Counted from the stretch's first letter, positions 11,453 through 22,366 are shown. The stretch is DNA of 64,000 nt from Trueperaceae bacterium (GCA_965213705.1 OZ243913.1:3232001-3296000), one strand, 5' to 3'. The notes: generated by a model not told the origin, from the letters alone. A program made the numbers and translations.

Positions 11453-12019
11453 TCAAAAGTTTTTCTCGATAAGGTCGATTTGCGTGCCGTCTTGCGTGAC
11501 GGTGCGCACCACGCCGACGCTCGGCACAAAAAACAGGTCCAGAAACGTCTGCCCGCCCGTGCTGGTGATGGTCTGCTGGCGGATTTGCAGCGCGTTGAAA
11601 CGTCCGGCCTGGGTTTGCACGCCGCTGACGGCGACTACCTCGAAAGACAAGGTGACGTCCAAGTCGCCGACTTTGGCTGTGCTTTTCCAAGCCTGCCCGA
11701 CTTGCAAAGGTGACGGGGGATAAAGGGTCAGCGGCGGTGTGTAGCCGAGCACCGACCCGCTCGCCGCCGTGCCGAGCAGAAACACGCCGCCGTCATAAAC
11801 GAGGTAGTCTTCGGACACGGGTTGGCCCGCCAAGGAATGCAAAAACACCATCAGCGAGCGGCCCTCGACCTCTCGAGGGCCGCTCAAGGTTTGGGTGTCG
11901 CCGTTGCTGTAGGTCCAGCTCAGGCCGTCGCGCGACGGGTAGTAATCCTCTTGCGCCGCCGCCAGCCCTGAAACCAGGAGCAAAACTAAAACTGCAAAAG
12001 CTGCCGAACGCCTGCGCAT
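11453..12019 (-). CDS. Exported hypothetical protein
   Basis: Signal peptide then YYP...WTY; beta-rich body ending FFVPSVGVVR. Coupled to proC. Confidence 0.75.
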   Translation of the reverse strand: MRRRSAAFAVLVLLLVSGLAAAQEDYYPSRDGLSWTYSNGDTQTLSGPREVEGRSLMVFLHSLAGQPVSEDYLVYDGGVFLLGTAASGSVLGYTPPLTLYPPSPLQVGQAWKSTAKVGDLDVTLSFEVVAVSGVQTQAGRFNALQIRQQTITSTGGQTFLDLFFVPSVGVVRTVTQDGTQIDLIEKNF

Positions 12020-12804
12020 CAGCTTTCCTCCCGGCTGAGGTCGGCGGCGCGTCGGCTCGCCGCTTCGATGGCGTCTATCAGGCCGTAACGCACCCCGTGC
12101 CGCTCCAGCGCCTTGACGCCCGCAATCGCGGTGCCCCCGGCGCTGGCAACTTCGTCTTTGAGGTCAGCGGGGTGGCGGTCTTCTAAAAGTTTGGCGGTCG
12201 CCAACAACACTTGCCGCGCCAAGTCCCTCGCCACGCTGCGGTTGAAGCCGACCCGCACACCGCCGTCGGCAATCGCCTCGGCGACCACGGCGGCAAAAGC
12301 CGGTCCCGAGCCCGCCAAACCGGTAAAAGCGTCGAAGAGCGTTTCCGGCACGTGGTAAACCGTGCCCACGGCGGTAAACAGCAGGTCGGCCAGCGCCAGG
12401 TCGTCGGGGGTGGCTTGGGGCAGACTTGCCAGGGCGGTCGCGCTCAAGCCCACCCGCGCGCCCAAGTTCGGCATGGCCCGCACCACCCGGTTGCTGCCCA
12501 CCCGGCGCGCAATGCTCAAAGCCGAGACACCGGCCATAAGGGAAATATACGAGGCGTTGCGCTGCGCAATCAGCGGCGCGACGTCGTCGAAATACTGGGG
12601 CTTGACCGAAATCAGCACGCGCTCGGCGTGGTGAATCGCGTTGTCGTCCAGGCCGGTGACGCCGTAGTGCTCGCTCAAGACGCGCAAACGCTGCGCGTCC
12701 GGGTGATAAATCCCGACGTCGTCCGCTTGCAACACGCCCGCGCGCAACGCGCCTGTCAAAACGGCCCCGCCCATCTTGCCCGCACCGACGATGGCGAGTT
12801 TCAC
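12019..12804 (-). CDS. proC: Pyrroline-5-carboxylate reductase
   Basis: GAGKMG, SVKPQ, RAMPN, GLAGSGPAF, V.SAGGTAI. Confidence 0.96.
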   Translation of the reverse strand: MKLAIVGAGKMGGAVLTGALRAGVLQADDVGIYHPDAQRLRVLSEHYGVTGLDDNAIHHAERVLISVKPQYFDDVAPLIAQRNASYISLMAGVSALSIARRVGSNRVVRAMPNLGARVGLSATALASLPQATPDDLALADLLFTAVGTVYHVPETLFDAFTGLAGSGPAFAAVVAEAIADGGVRVGFNRSVARDLARQVLLATAKLLEDRHPADLKDEVASAGGTAIAGVKALERHGVRYGLIDAIEAASRRAADLSREES

Positions 12805-12992
12805 AGGGTCACGCCGGTCGAGTGCCGGGCGGCCTCGAGAGCAAAAACTTCGCGAGAAAAGACGGTACCGAGGACCGCGTAAAAAGTACCAAGTGAGTAA
12901 AGGGCGCTTTTGCCCTTACCCGTCGGCTTCACACCCCTACCCAAACGGTCGTGCAGTTGAATCATGTCGGACGCTCCAAAAACGCCCCGCCA

Positions 12993-13358
12993 CTATACCG
13001 GGTTTGCGGGCACACCACGGCGCTGAGTCAAATACCTCACAAAAAAGACGAACAACGCCGCGCCGAGCGTGTCGGCTAAAAGGTCGAGAGCGTCCACGCT
13101 GCGCCCCGGCACGAAGCCCTGGTGCAACTCGTCGCTCGCCCCGTAGAGGACGGTCAAAACAAGAGCGACGCCCACCCGCCCCGACGCCATGTACAAAAAC
13201 GCGCCGAGCACGCCGAACGCCGTGGCGTGCGCGAGCTTGTCTCCGTAGGGCAGCAGCACCAGCAAACTCGCCCCGCCGCGCGCGTCGGGCGAGCTGGAAA
13301 GCCAAAAAATCAGCCCGGCCCACACCAGAGAAAGCGTCCACCAAACAATTTTAGGCAT
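12993..13358 (-). CDS. VanZ family membrane protein
   Basis: IFWLSS, DKLAH...FGVL, DELHQGFVPGRS.D..DLLAD. Start overlaps the mce stop. Confidence 0.88.
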   Translation of the reverse strand: MPKIVWWTLSLVWAGLIFWLSSSPDARGGASLLVLLPYGDKLAHATAFGVLGAFLYMASGRVGVALVLTVLYGASDELHQGFVPGRSVDALDLLADTLGAALFVFFVRYLTQRRGVPANPV

Positions 13359-13773
13359 GTTCGACAAGTTCGACCAGGGTGCCGCCCGTCCACTTCGGGT
13401 GCAAAAACACGACCCGCGTGCCCGCCCGGCCCGGCCTGGGTTCCAGGTTGACAAAGCGCGCGCCTGCGGCGCTCAACCTTGCAACCTCGGCGGTCACGTC
13501 ATCCACGCGCAGCGCGACGTGGTGCAGACCGGAGCCGCGTTTGGCTAAAAAGGTTGCGATAGGACTTCCCGGCGCAGTCGGCTCGAGCAGCTCTAGCAAG
13601 CTCGCCCCCACCTGCAACGCCCGCACCCGGACGTGCTGCGACACGACGACCTCGTCCTCTCCTACCTGAACCAACCCGAGGAGCCGATACGGCGCGGAGG
13701 CTGCCTCCAAGTCCGAAACAGCTATGCCGACGTGGTCGAGCGGCAAGCCGCTGAGCTTGTCCGGCAGCGTCAC
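13351..13773 (-). CDS. mce: Methylmalonyl-CoA epimerase (VOC family)
   Basis: LDHVGIAV, LELLEP...SPIA.FL.KRG.GLHHVA, FLHPK..GGTLVELVE. Confidence 0.9.
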   Translation of the reverse strand: MTLPDKLSGLPLDHVGIAVSDLEAASAPYRLLGLVQVGEDEVVVSQHVRVRALQVGASLLELLEPTAPGSPIATFLAKRGSGLHHVALRVDDVTAEVARLSAAGARFVNLEPRPGRAGTRVVFLHPKWTGGTLVELVEHA

Positions 13774-14090
13774 GCAGGTTTGGGGGCCATCACGACGAGC
13801 AGCACGAGGTCGCTGTCCGCGTGGTTGGCGACGCCGTGGGGCGTCCCGGCGCGAGCGATGACGGCCGTACCTTCGGGCAGCAAGTCCTGCTCGCCACCGA
13901 TGTCGAACATCGCCTCGCCCTCTAAGACCACGTAAACTTTGTCCTCGGTGTCGTGGCTGTGAACCCGCTGCGCCTGGCCGGGCCGCAAACAGTACTGGTC
14001 GAACAACATCTTGTCGGAGTCGAAAACGGGGACTTTTTGCATTTTCTCGTCACCGAACCGGCGGTTGTCGTTCAAGTTGACATAGTCCAT
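13770..14090 (-). CDS. Cupin domain protein
   Basis: HSH.TEDK.Y.VLEG and HGV.N cupin motifs. TATGCT 7 nt before ATG 14090. Confidence 0.85.
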   Translation of the reverse strand: MDYVNLNDNRRFGDEKMQKVPVFDSDKMLFDQYCLRPGQAQRVHSHDTEDKVYVVLEGEAMFDIGGEQDLLPEGTAVIARAGTPHGVANHADSDLVLLVVMAPKPA

Positions 14091-14187
14091 GCCGGACAGC
14101 ATACCGCACGGCTTCGCTGTTCATACCGGGGCTCGAGAGACGCGTTTTCATCCGCCGATTTGTCCACCGAGCAGTTTGGGGTGGAAA

Positions 14188-14324
14188 AGTAGGGGAGTAG
14201 AAGGTGGGGAGTAGGAGTAACAGTTTAAGCGGATGCTGCGCTTTTTTGGGCGGATGCTACCACGCTCTTTTGGGCGGATGCTGCGCTCCTTTGCAGCCTG
14301 ACTTCCCTACCCCACTCCCCTACC
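14188..14324. repeat. Composite intergenic repeat: inverted GGGGAGTA-type arms around three GCGGATGCT..CGCT direct repeats
   Basis: Purine arm 14188-14220, pyrimidine arm 14302-14324; direct repeats start at 14229, 14250 and 14274. Confidence 0.8.
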
Positions 14325-15360
14325 TGCTCAGCTCACCGCGCAAGTTTTGGCCCACCTGCTCGCGCACCTCGGACACGCTCAGGTCGCAACTGAACAGGTA
14401 CAAGAGTTTTGTCAGCGCGGCCTCGGGGGTGAGGTCGTAGCCGCTGACGACGCCTGCGGCTTCGAGCGCGCCGCCGGTCGCGTAACCGCTCATGTCCACG
14501 CCGCCGTACAAGCACTGGGTACAATTGACGATGACCACGCCGCGCTCGCTCGCTGCACGCAACACGTCCAACAACTCGGTGTCGGCGGCGGGCGCGTTGC
14601 CCGCGCCATAAGTCTCGAGCACCAAGGCTTGCAAGGGCTCTGCGACCGAACGCACGCTCGCCGCGCCGATGCCCGGAAACAGCCGCAGCGCCGCGACCTG
14701 CGCGGCTTGAAAAGTTTGCACGGTAAGCGGCCCTGCGGACCGGTGCAGCAAACGCTCGTCTATTTCGACGTCCACCCCCACCCGCCCGAGCGGCGGAAAG
14801 TTCGGCGAGGCGAACGCGCCGAAGCCGCCGACCGACATTTTCGTGCTGCGGTTGCCGCGCAGCAGCAAACCGCCGAAGTACAAACAAACCTCCGGCACCG
14901 CGTAGTGTGCGGCCAACAGCAGCGAGGTGATGAGGTTTTCGCGCGCGTCGCTGCGCACTTCGGCAAGGGGGATTTGTGACCCCGTCAGGATGACCGGTTT
15001 GCCGAGCCCCCCCAGCATGAACGACAGGGCCGAAGCCGTGTAAGCCATCGTGTCGGTGCCGTGGATAATCACGAAGCCGTCGTAGGCGTCGTACGTGTCG
15101 GCAACGTCCGCGGCGATGCGCTGCCAAACGCGCGGGCTCATGTTGGCGGAGTCGAGGAGCGGACGGTACTCGGTCAAGGTGTAAGCGGGTAACTCTTCAC
15201 GGGTCAGCTCGGGCATGGCCGCCAAGCGCTCGCCTAAGTAACCGGGCACCGGCGCGTAGCTGCCAGCCACCTTTTTCATGCCGATGGTGCCGCCCGTGTA
15301 GAGGATATGAACGCGCTTTGCCGTCGCCACCTTTGCCATCGCCACCTTTGCCATCGCCAC
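14320..15360 (-). CDS. ansA: L-asparaginase type I
   Basis: YTGGTIGM, HGTDTMAY, TGSQIP, RGNR.TK. N-terminus has a 15-bp triplication (15316-15360), so the exact start is uncertain. Confidence 0.93.
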   Translation of the reverse strand: MAMAKVAMAKVATAKRVHILYTGGTIGMKKVAGSYAPVPGYLGERLAAMPELTREELPAYTLTEYRPLLDSANMSPRVWQRIAADVADTYDAYDGFVIIHGTDTMAYTASALSFMLGGLGKPVILTGSQIPLAEVRSDARENLITSLLLAAHYAVPEVCLYFGGLLLRGNRSTKMSVGGFGAFASPNFPPLGRVGVDVEIDERLLHRSAGPLTVQTFQAAQVAALRLFPGIGAASVRSVAEPLQALVLETYGAGNAPAADTELLDVLRAASERGVVIVNCTQCLYGGVDMSGYATGGALEAAGVVSGYDLTPEAALTKLLYLFSCDLSVSEVREQVGQNLRGELSR

Positions 15361-15364
15361 AGCG

Positions 15365-16279
15365 TCAGGCGGTCGGGAGGAATTCAGAGGCTCGAGGTCT
15401 AGTCGGAACCACCCCGTAAGCCACCCGGTTTTTGCCCCTGTGCTTTACCCGGTACATAAGGGTGTCCGCCGCGCCGAGCAGGTCTTCCACGCTGTCCGGC
15501 GGTTCTAAAAACGTCACAATGCCGATGCTGAAGGTGACCGGCCAGCCGCGCTCGCGCATTTTTGCGAGCAGCGAGGTTTGGGCTTTGGCGAACGCCCGGC
15601 GTGCGTCTTCAGGCCGGGTTTCTACCATAAAGACGGCAAACTCGTCGCCGCCCAAGCGCGCAACCCGGTCGGTTTTACGCATCACTTGCTGCAGCGTCAC
15701 CACGACTTGCCGCAACAGCTCGTCCCCGACGGCGTGACCTGAGTGGTCGTTGACGTGTTTGAAATTGTCGAGGTCGATATAAGCGACGCTCAAAGGATGC
15801 GAGTAGCGCTGAGCCCGGTCGAGTTCGTACTCGGCGAATTCCTTTAGGGCGAGCTTGTTCAGCGCGCCGGTCAGCGGGTCGGTGCGCGACAAGGCGTGCT
15901 CGCGCGCCAGCAACGACCGCACAAACGCCGTCAAATAGCTCACGATGACAAAGTAAACAAAACGCAGCAGCGCGTTCCAGTAGGGAACGAGCAGGTTGGT
16001 GTAGACGGTACCGCCAGCTAAATCCGCCCAGAGCCAACACACCATGCCGACGCTCGCCAAAATCATGGCCCAGCGCCCGGTGACGACCCAGGCAGTGAGC
16101 ACAATCGGGATGAGGTAAAAAATCGCGATAGAAAGTTCCGGCCCGGTCCAGTAGTCGACCAGGCCCAAAAACCCTATCATGACGAGCGACAACATCAGGG
16201 TGACGTGACGCGGGCGACCTTCCAGGTAGTCGAGGGCGCGAAAGACGGTGGGGGTACGACCCAGCACGACTTTCAGCAT
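15365..16279 (-). CDS. Membrane-bound diguanylate cyclase (TM sensor + GGDEF)
   Basis: About four TM helices, DLDNFKHVND, I-site RKTD, RLGGDEF. Alternative start at 16318. Confidence 0.9.
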   Translation of the reverse strand: MLKVVLGRTPTVFRALDYLEGRPRHVTLMLSLVMIGFLGLVDYWTGPELSIAIFYLIPIVLTAWVVTGRWAMILASVGMVCWLWADLAGGTVYTNLLVPYWNALLRFVYFVIVSYLTAFVRSLLAREHALSRTDPLTGALNKLALKEFAEYELDRAQRYSHPLSVAYIDLDNFKHVNDHSGHAVGDELLRQVVVTLQQVMRKTDRVARLGGDEFAVFMVETRPEDARRAFAKAQTSLLAKMRERGWPVTFSIGIVTFLEPPDSVEDLLGAADTLMYRVKHRGKNRVAYGVVPTRPRASEFLPTA

Positions 16280-16403
16280 AGACCGCGGTCGGGCCGAGCC
16301 CTGCGATACTCTTAACATTTAGGCGCTCCGTGCGGCGCGATTTACCGGTTGCCGCCACACCTTCTTGAAGCGCTCGAGCGGGCAGGCTGCCCTAACCCGG
16401 TCC

Positions 16404-16467
16404 TTACCTACACAGTCCTTATCTACACAGTTTTTATCTACCCAATCCTCTTTTATCTACACAGCCC
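16404..16467. repeat. Imperfect ~15-bp direct repeat (TTATCTACACAG...) x4
   Basis: Copies start at 16404, 16419, 16434 and 16453. Confidence 0.85.
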
Positions 16468-17022
16468 TCAGATGCAAGCCTTGTCTTCTAAAAGCATGGT
16501 GGGCGTGTTGTTGGGCACTTTGTCGCGGCGCCGCTGCGCAGCTTCCTGCACCGCCTCGGCTAAAACCTCTTTGGTTTCGGGATAGGGAATAACGACGGCG
16601 TAAGGTAACTCGCGTTCGTCGACCACCAAATTCTCGTTTAGGCGGTCGGGAAAGCCGTTTTGTTCGTAACTTTTCAGCATCACCGCGACTACTCCGTTGG
16701 GCAGGTTGCCGCGGTCGGCGGCGGTCACCATTGCGTCACCCGCGCCGTGCAAAGACGCCATAAGTTCTAAGTCCACGGCGCGCTTGGCGAAAGTACACTT
16801 GCCGAGCAGGACAAGCGTCACCGTAGCGTCTTTTAAGAACTGTTCGCGCAGGTGGTGGATGACCTCGTGCTTGTCAGGATTTTTGACGATGTCCACGGGC
16901 AGTTCTTCAAAGTTGCGGTGCAAAACCGAGTCGTTGAGAAAGTCGAACTCTTTCAAAAACGCCTCGACTTCGGCGCGGTCGTCCGGGTCGTAGCTCAGGT
17001 AAACTTTTTCGGTAAAGTCCAT
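16468..17022 (-). CDS. TIR-like domain protein (MTH538/DUF1863, ThsB-like)
   Basis: KVYLSY..DD, LREQFLKDATVTLVLLGKCT...VDLE, PNGVVAV pattern typical of this family. Strong SD GGAGGAGG. Confidence 0.75.
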   Translation of the reverse strand: MDFTEKVYLSYDPDDRAEVEAFLKEFDFLNDSVLHRNFEELPVDIVKNPDKHEVIHHLREQFLKDATVTLVLLGKCTFAKRAVDLELMASLHGAGDAMVTAADRGNLPNGVVAVMLKSYEQNGFPDRLNENLVVDERELPYAVVIPYPETKEVLAEAVQEAAQRRRDKVPNNTPTMLLEDKACI

Positions 17023-17097
17023 GTTGCCTCCTCCAGCAGCCTATGTCGCGCGGCGACGGCACACTGTAAGCGAACACCGGAGCAAACCAGCGAAGTC

Positions 17098-17670
17098 TCA
17101 GCGAATACCCGGCGGCACCTGCGTGGGCGGCGGCTCGGGCAGGTTTTTGGGCATGGGCACGCCGTCAAGTATTTTGACGACGCCGTTCTCGTTGCAGCCT
17201 ACGAAAAACGGACAGCGCAGACACTCCGACCAGACCCTCGGGTGCAACTCTTTCGTCTTGTCGATGAGCCGGTAACCGCACTTCTCAAAAAACTCGACCG
17301 AGTACGTCCAGGCGAACACGGTCGGAATCCCCACGCGCCGCGCTTCGGCCTCACACGCCCCGACGAGCGCGCGCCCGACGCCCTTCGCGACCACGTCGGG
17401 CCGCACCGCCAGACCGCGCACCTCGGCGATGTCGCCCCAGAGGATGTGGAGCGCGCCGTTGCCCGCGAACACCGGGCCTTCGTCGGTTTCAAGCTCGGCC
17501 ACGAAAAAGTCGCGCAGGTTCTCAAAGATGTTTTGCATCGGGCGGACCAACATTTTGCCCTGGTGCGCCCAGTAGCCGATATTTTCAAAAATGAAAGGCA
17601 CGTCCTCGGAGGCGGCGGGGCGCACGGTAACGACGGACCCAGAGATATTTTCGACAACCGGACTCTTCAC
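17098..17670 (-). CDS. argA: GNAT N-acetyltransferase, short ArgA-like (N-acetylglutamate synthase)
   Basis: ALHILWGDIAEVRGLAV, FFEKCGY, VWSECLRCP...CNE. Directly follows argH. Confidence 0.78.
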   Translation of the reverse strand: MKSPVVENISGSVVTVRPAASEDVPFIFENIGYWAHQGKMLVRPMQNIFENLRDFFVAELETDEGPVFAGNGALHILWGDIAEVRGLAVRPDVVAKGVGRALVGACEAEARRVGIPTVFAWTYSVEFFEKCGYRLIDKTKELHPRVWSECLRCPFFVGCNENGVVKILDGVPMPKNLPEPPPTQVPPGIR

Positions 17671-17673
17671 GCT

Positions 17674-19080
17674 TCAACCTCCGGCAAGTGCTTCTTTAGC
17701 ATAGATGATTTGCCGCTCGACCTGCGCCGCGGAGGTGCCGCCGTAGCTGTTGCGTGCGTTGACGACCGCCTCGAGCCGCAACACCTCATAAACGTCTTCT
17801 TCAACAAGTGAGGACGCCGAACGCAGACTTTCTAAACTCAAGTCTTGCAAGTCTTTACCCTCCTTTACCCCGAGCGCCACGAGCTTGCCCACGGTCTCGT
17901 GCGCCTCGCGGAAGGGCAGGCCTTTTTTCGCCAAGTAGTCCGCCAAATCGGTCGCGTTCGAGTAGGCGCGGCCCGCGGCGTGATACATGCGCTCCTTGTT
18001 GAGACGCATCTTCGGCAACATGCTCACCGTGAGCTTCAAGCAAACCGAGAGCGTCGCGGCCGTGTCAAACACGCCCTCTTTGTCCTCCTGCATGTCCTTG
18101 TTGTAGGCGAGCGGCAAGCCTTTCATGACGGTCAACAGCGCCATGAGGTTGCCGTAAACGCGGCCCGTCTTGCCCCGAACGAGTTCGGACACGTCCGGGT
18201 TTTTCTTTTGCGGCATGATTGAGCTGCCCGTCGTGTGCGAGTCCGGCAGCGTCACAAAGCCGAATTCTTGGCTCGACCAGAGGATGAGTTCTTCGCTAAG
18301 GCGCGACAGGTGCATCATCAGGATGCTGGCGGCGCTGAGAAACTCCAAAGCGAAATCCCGGTCGGACACGGCGTCCAGTGAGTTGCGCGCGGGTTCGGAA
18401 AAAGAGAGCAACGCCGCAGTCCTCGCCCGGTCGATTGGAAACCCCGTTCCCGCCAGCGCGCCCGCACCCAGGGGCGAAACGTTCAGGCGTTTCAGCGAGT
18501 CCGTAAACCGCCCCTGGTCGCGCGTAAACATTTCATAGTAAGCGAGCACGTGGTGTGAGAATAAAACTGGCTGCGCCACTTGCAGGTGCGTGTAACCGGG
18601 CATGATGGCGTCCAGGTTGGCTTCAGCAAGGTCTACGAAGACGGCTCGAGTAGCTGTAAGCAAGTCTATCAACTCATACGTTTTTTCCCGCAGCCACAGC
18701 CGAAAATCCGTCGCCACCTGGTCGTTGCGGCTGCGCGCCGTGTGAAGCTTGCCGCCCACCGCGCCGACCCGCTCGGTGAGCGCACGTTCGATGTTCATGT
18801 GAACGTCCTCGAGGTCGACTTGCCACTCAAAGGTTCCGGCCTCGATGTCGGCGCGGACGCTTTCCAAACCACCGATGATTCGCTCGGCCTCGTCACTCGT
18901 CAAAACAGCTTGTTCGGCCAGCATTTTCGCGTGGGCGGTGGAGCCCTGAATGTCTTGCAGAGCCAAAGCTTTATCGACCTCTATAGAAGCGTTGAACTGC
19001 TGCACGAGCGCGTCGGTTTCCTCTGCGAAGCGCCCGCCCCACATACGTTTTGCTTCAGTTCGGTGCTTTGGCTTTGTCAT
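17674..19080 (-). CDS. argH: Argininosuccinate lyase
   Basis: [27 protein letters not shown]. Confidence 0.98.
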   Translation of the reverse strand: MTKPKHRTEAKRMWGGRFAEETDALVQQFNASIEVDKALALQDIQGSTAHAKMLAEQAVLTSDEAERIIGGLESVRADIEAGTFEWQVDLEDVHMNIERALTERVGAVGGKLHTARSRNDQVATDFRLWLREKTYELIDLLTATRAVFVDLAEANLDAIMPGYTHLQVAQPVLFSHHVLAYYEMFTRDQGRFTDSLKRLNVSPLGAGALAGTGFPIDRARTAALLSFSEPARNSLDAVSDRDFALEFLSAASILMMHLSRLSEELILWSSQEFGFVTLPDSHTTGSSIMPQKKNPDVSELVRGKTGRVYGNLMALLTVMKGLPLAYNKDMQEDKEGVFDTAATLSVCLKLTVSMLPKMRLNKERMYHAAGRAYSNATDLADYLAKKGLPFREAHETVGKLVALGVKEGKDLQDLSLESLRSASSLVEEDVYEVLRLEAVVNARNSYGGTSAAQVERQIIYAKEALAGG

Positions 19081-19152
19081 CCGTTTTCCCTTTTTGTCCT
19101 GAATTTGTCAAAAGTTTGGGCGTTGGTCGCCGGGCTCGAGACCCAAGCTCCA

Positions 19153-19710
19153 TCACCGACTGCCGTTCAAACTGAGAACCTGTTTGAGATAGTGTGCGGG
19201 TACGTGCTCGCTGAGCCAAACACCGTTACTCGAGCGGTAAAACGTATACCTGTCTTCGTGCATACGACCCGCCTCGACGCTCAGAACCACAGGTTTACCA
19301 TGCCGCCGGCCGACTTGCAGCGCCGTCGCCTCATCCACCGAAAGATGAACGTGCTGACGGCTGCCCTTGACCAGACCCTCTTGAAGAATGGCGTCTAGGA
19401 AACGCGTCGCCGTACCGTGATAGAGCCGGTCCGGTGGCGTCCGGGGCTCGAGGCCCAAGTCGACCTCTAAAGAATGCCCCTGATTCGCCCGAATATACAC
19501 GCCGTCCTCACTGAAAGCGAAACGCTTTTTGTCGCTTGTCGCCACGACGTGCTCGAGCTGTTCCCGGCTCATAGAAGTACCGGCTTCCGCCATTTTTGCA
19601 ATCAAGTCGTCAACCTCGGCCCAACCCTGCGCATCAAGCGTCAAACCAATCGTTTGAGGCTTGTGCCGGAGCATGAGGCTGAGAAACTTGCTGAGGCGGA
19701 CATCGGTCAT
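19153..19710 (-). CDS. kptA: RNA 2'-phosphotransferase (Tpt1/KptA)
   Basis: [42 protein letters not shown]. Start at ATG 19710; the longer ORF-track call overlaps the PIN gene. Confidence 0.93.
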   Translation of the reverse strand: MTDVRLSKFLSLMLRHKPQTIGLTLDAQGWAEVDDLIAKMAEAGTSMSREQLEHVVATSDKKRFAFSEDGVYIRANQGHSLEVDLGLEPRTPPDRLYHGTATRFLDAILQEGLVKGSRQHVHLSVDEATALQVGRRHGKPVVLSVEAGRMHEDRYTFYRSSNGVWLSEHVPAHYLKQVLSLNGSR

Positions 19711-19721
19711 GGGTTTGCGCG

Positions 19722-20138
19722 TCACTTGGCCCGCCACACCGGAACTTGCATTACGTCGAAGTGGTGGTCGAACGTCCAAACCGGCACGCTGAAGCGTTCG
19801 GCCAGTACGGCCGTCGAAGCGTCGACCAAGCTGATGCGCTGGTCGGTAAAGCGGCGCACTAAAACGGCTGCCAAACCGTAATCCTCGGGGGTGGGATTTA
19901 GCGGCGTCAATCCGTGTAGGACGACCTCGAGCCAGCGGTGAGCGACCGACAGCCGTAAAGCTCGGTAGAGTAGGTTGTAACACTCCAAAACAACCGGATA
20001 GCTCAAAGTCACGACGTATCCCTGCGTGACGAGGGACTGAAATTCTTGGGTGGCGCGCTCGTGGTACTGGTCGGATGCGTCCGTCAAAGCGTAAAGCGGC
20101 CCCGTATCGGCCATGACTGCACCGGGTAGAACAGTCAA
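19722..20138 (-). CDS. PIN-domain (VapC-like) toxin
   Basis: [25 protein letters not shown] acidic residues. Overlaps the antitoxin stop. Confidence 0.88.
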   Translation of the reverse strand: MTVLPGAVMADTGPLYALTDASDQYHERATQEFQSLVTQGYVVTLSYPVVLECYNLLYRALRLSVAHRWLEVVLHGLTPLNPTPEDYGLAAVLVRRFTDQRISLVDASTAVLAERFSVPVWTFDHHFDVMQVPVWRAK

Positions 20139-20410
20139 TCTTGTTGTACCGTTTCGGTGTAAGCGTCGTGGTTGACGCTGATGTCCGACCTGCCACTACC
20201 CTGCTCATCGACAGGAAAGGTCACGGGCCACCTCGAGGGCGGTTTATAGCCGCGCTCAGCCAACTCACGCTGCAGGTCTTGCGTTCTTAAAAACTGCTCG
20301 AGGGCCGTCTGCATGACTTTGGTCAGGCTGGGCGGAACGGGCTGCGCCGTCAGGTAGGCCTCGAGCCGTTCGTTGAGGTCGTCGGGAAGGGTGATGGTCG
20401 CGCGTTTCAT
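20135..20410 (-). CDS. CopG/RHH antitoxin
   Basis: [15 protein letters not shown] start, C-terminal SDISVNHD motif, immediately upstream of the PIN gene. Confidence 0.82.
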   Translation of the reverse strand: MKRATITLPDDLNERLEAYLTAQPVPPSLTKVMQTALEQFLRTQDLQRELAERGYKPPSRWPVTFPVDEQGSGRSDISVNHDAYTETVQQD

Positions 20411-20455
20411 GATGACAGCCTAGCATGTTTGGTGAAGATGCTGCAAAGTATGAAC

Positions 20456-20920
20456 CTAAAGCTCGAGCCGCATCTCGTTACTGGTCTCGAAGCCCAGACT
20501 TTTGTAAACGGGTTCACCCTGGGGCGAGGCGTGGAGCAGGGCTCGAGTGCAGCCGATGATCCGTAAGTAGTCGGTACAGGCGTGGGTCAGCGCCTTGGCG
20601 ACCCCTTGCCCGCGCGCTGTGGGCGCGACGTAGACGCCCCAGATGTAGCCATACTTGCGCTTGTCGCCCTAAAAAACGGAAGGGTAAAGGCCGGCGAACA
20701 CTTGGCACGCCGCCGAGCCGACGACCTCACCCTTCACCTCGGCGATGAAAGCGGCGTACTCGAGCCCCGTTCGCGCCTGTTTGGTAAAGCGGAGCGCGTC
20801 GTCCAGCCAATCGTCGGAAAGAACCTTGGCTAACTCGTATTCAGCCCACATGCGGCGGTAGTTTGCGGCGACTGTTTCGTTCTCCCAGTCGGTAGCCGGA
20901 CGTATCGAAAAAGGGTTCAC
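20456..20920 (-). pseudogene. GNAT acetyltransferase interrupted by an in-frame TAG at 20669-20671
   Basis: The same frame continues past TAG: LYPSVF*GDKRKYGYIWGVYVAPTARGQGVAKAL...LHASPQGEPVYKSLGF, ending at a stop at 20456. The acetyl-CoA motif lies after the internal stop. Confidence 0.85.
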
Positions 20921-21013
20921 TCGGCGGCCTCGAGCATACACAAATCATAGCCTACCGCTAAAAGCATAGTTCGGTTCTGACTCGAGTAAAAGACGGATGC
21001 CTCACCTGTATAA

Positions 21014-22366
<1,353 letters not shown>

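Noticed and set aside
14229..14294. Three direct repeats as a mini CRISPR array
   Set aside because: The units are contiguous with no unique spacers, and there are no cas genes in the window.
16468..17022. Complete Thoeris defence system
   Set aside because: No ThsA-type effector in the window; only the TIR gene is supported.
19153..20208. 351-aa ORF suggesting an N-terminally extended KptA
   Set aside because: The extension overlaps the PIN gene in another frame and has no recognisable motifs; KptA similarity starts at ATG 19710.
20669..20671. Selenocysteine or pyrrolysine recoding of the GNAT internal stop
   Set aside because: The stop is TAG, not TGA, so it is not Sec. No pyl genes are seen and all other genes use TAG as a normal stop.
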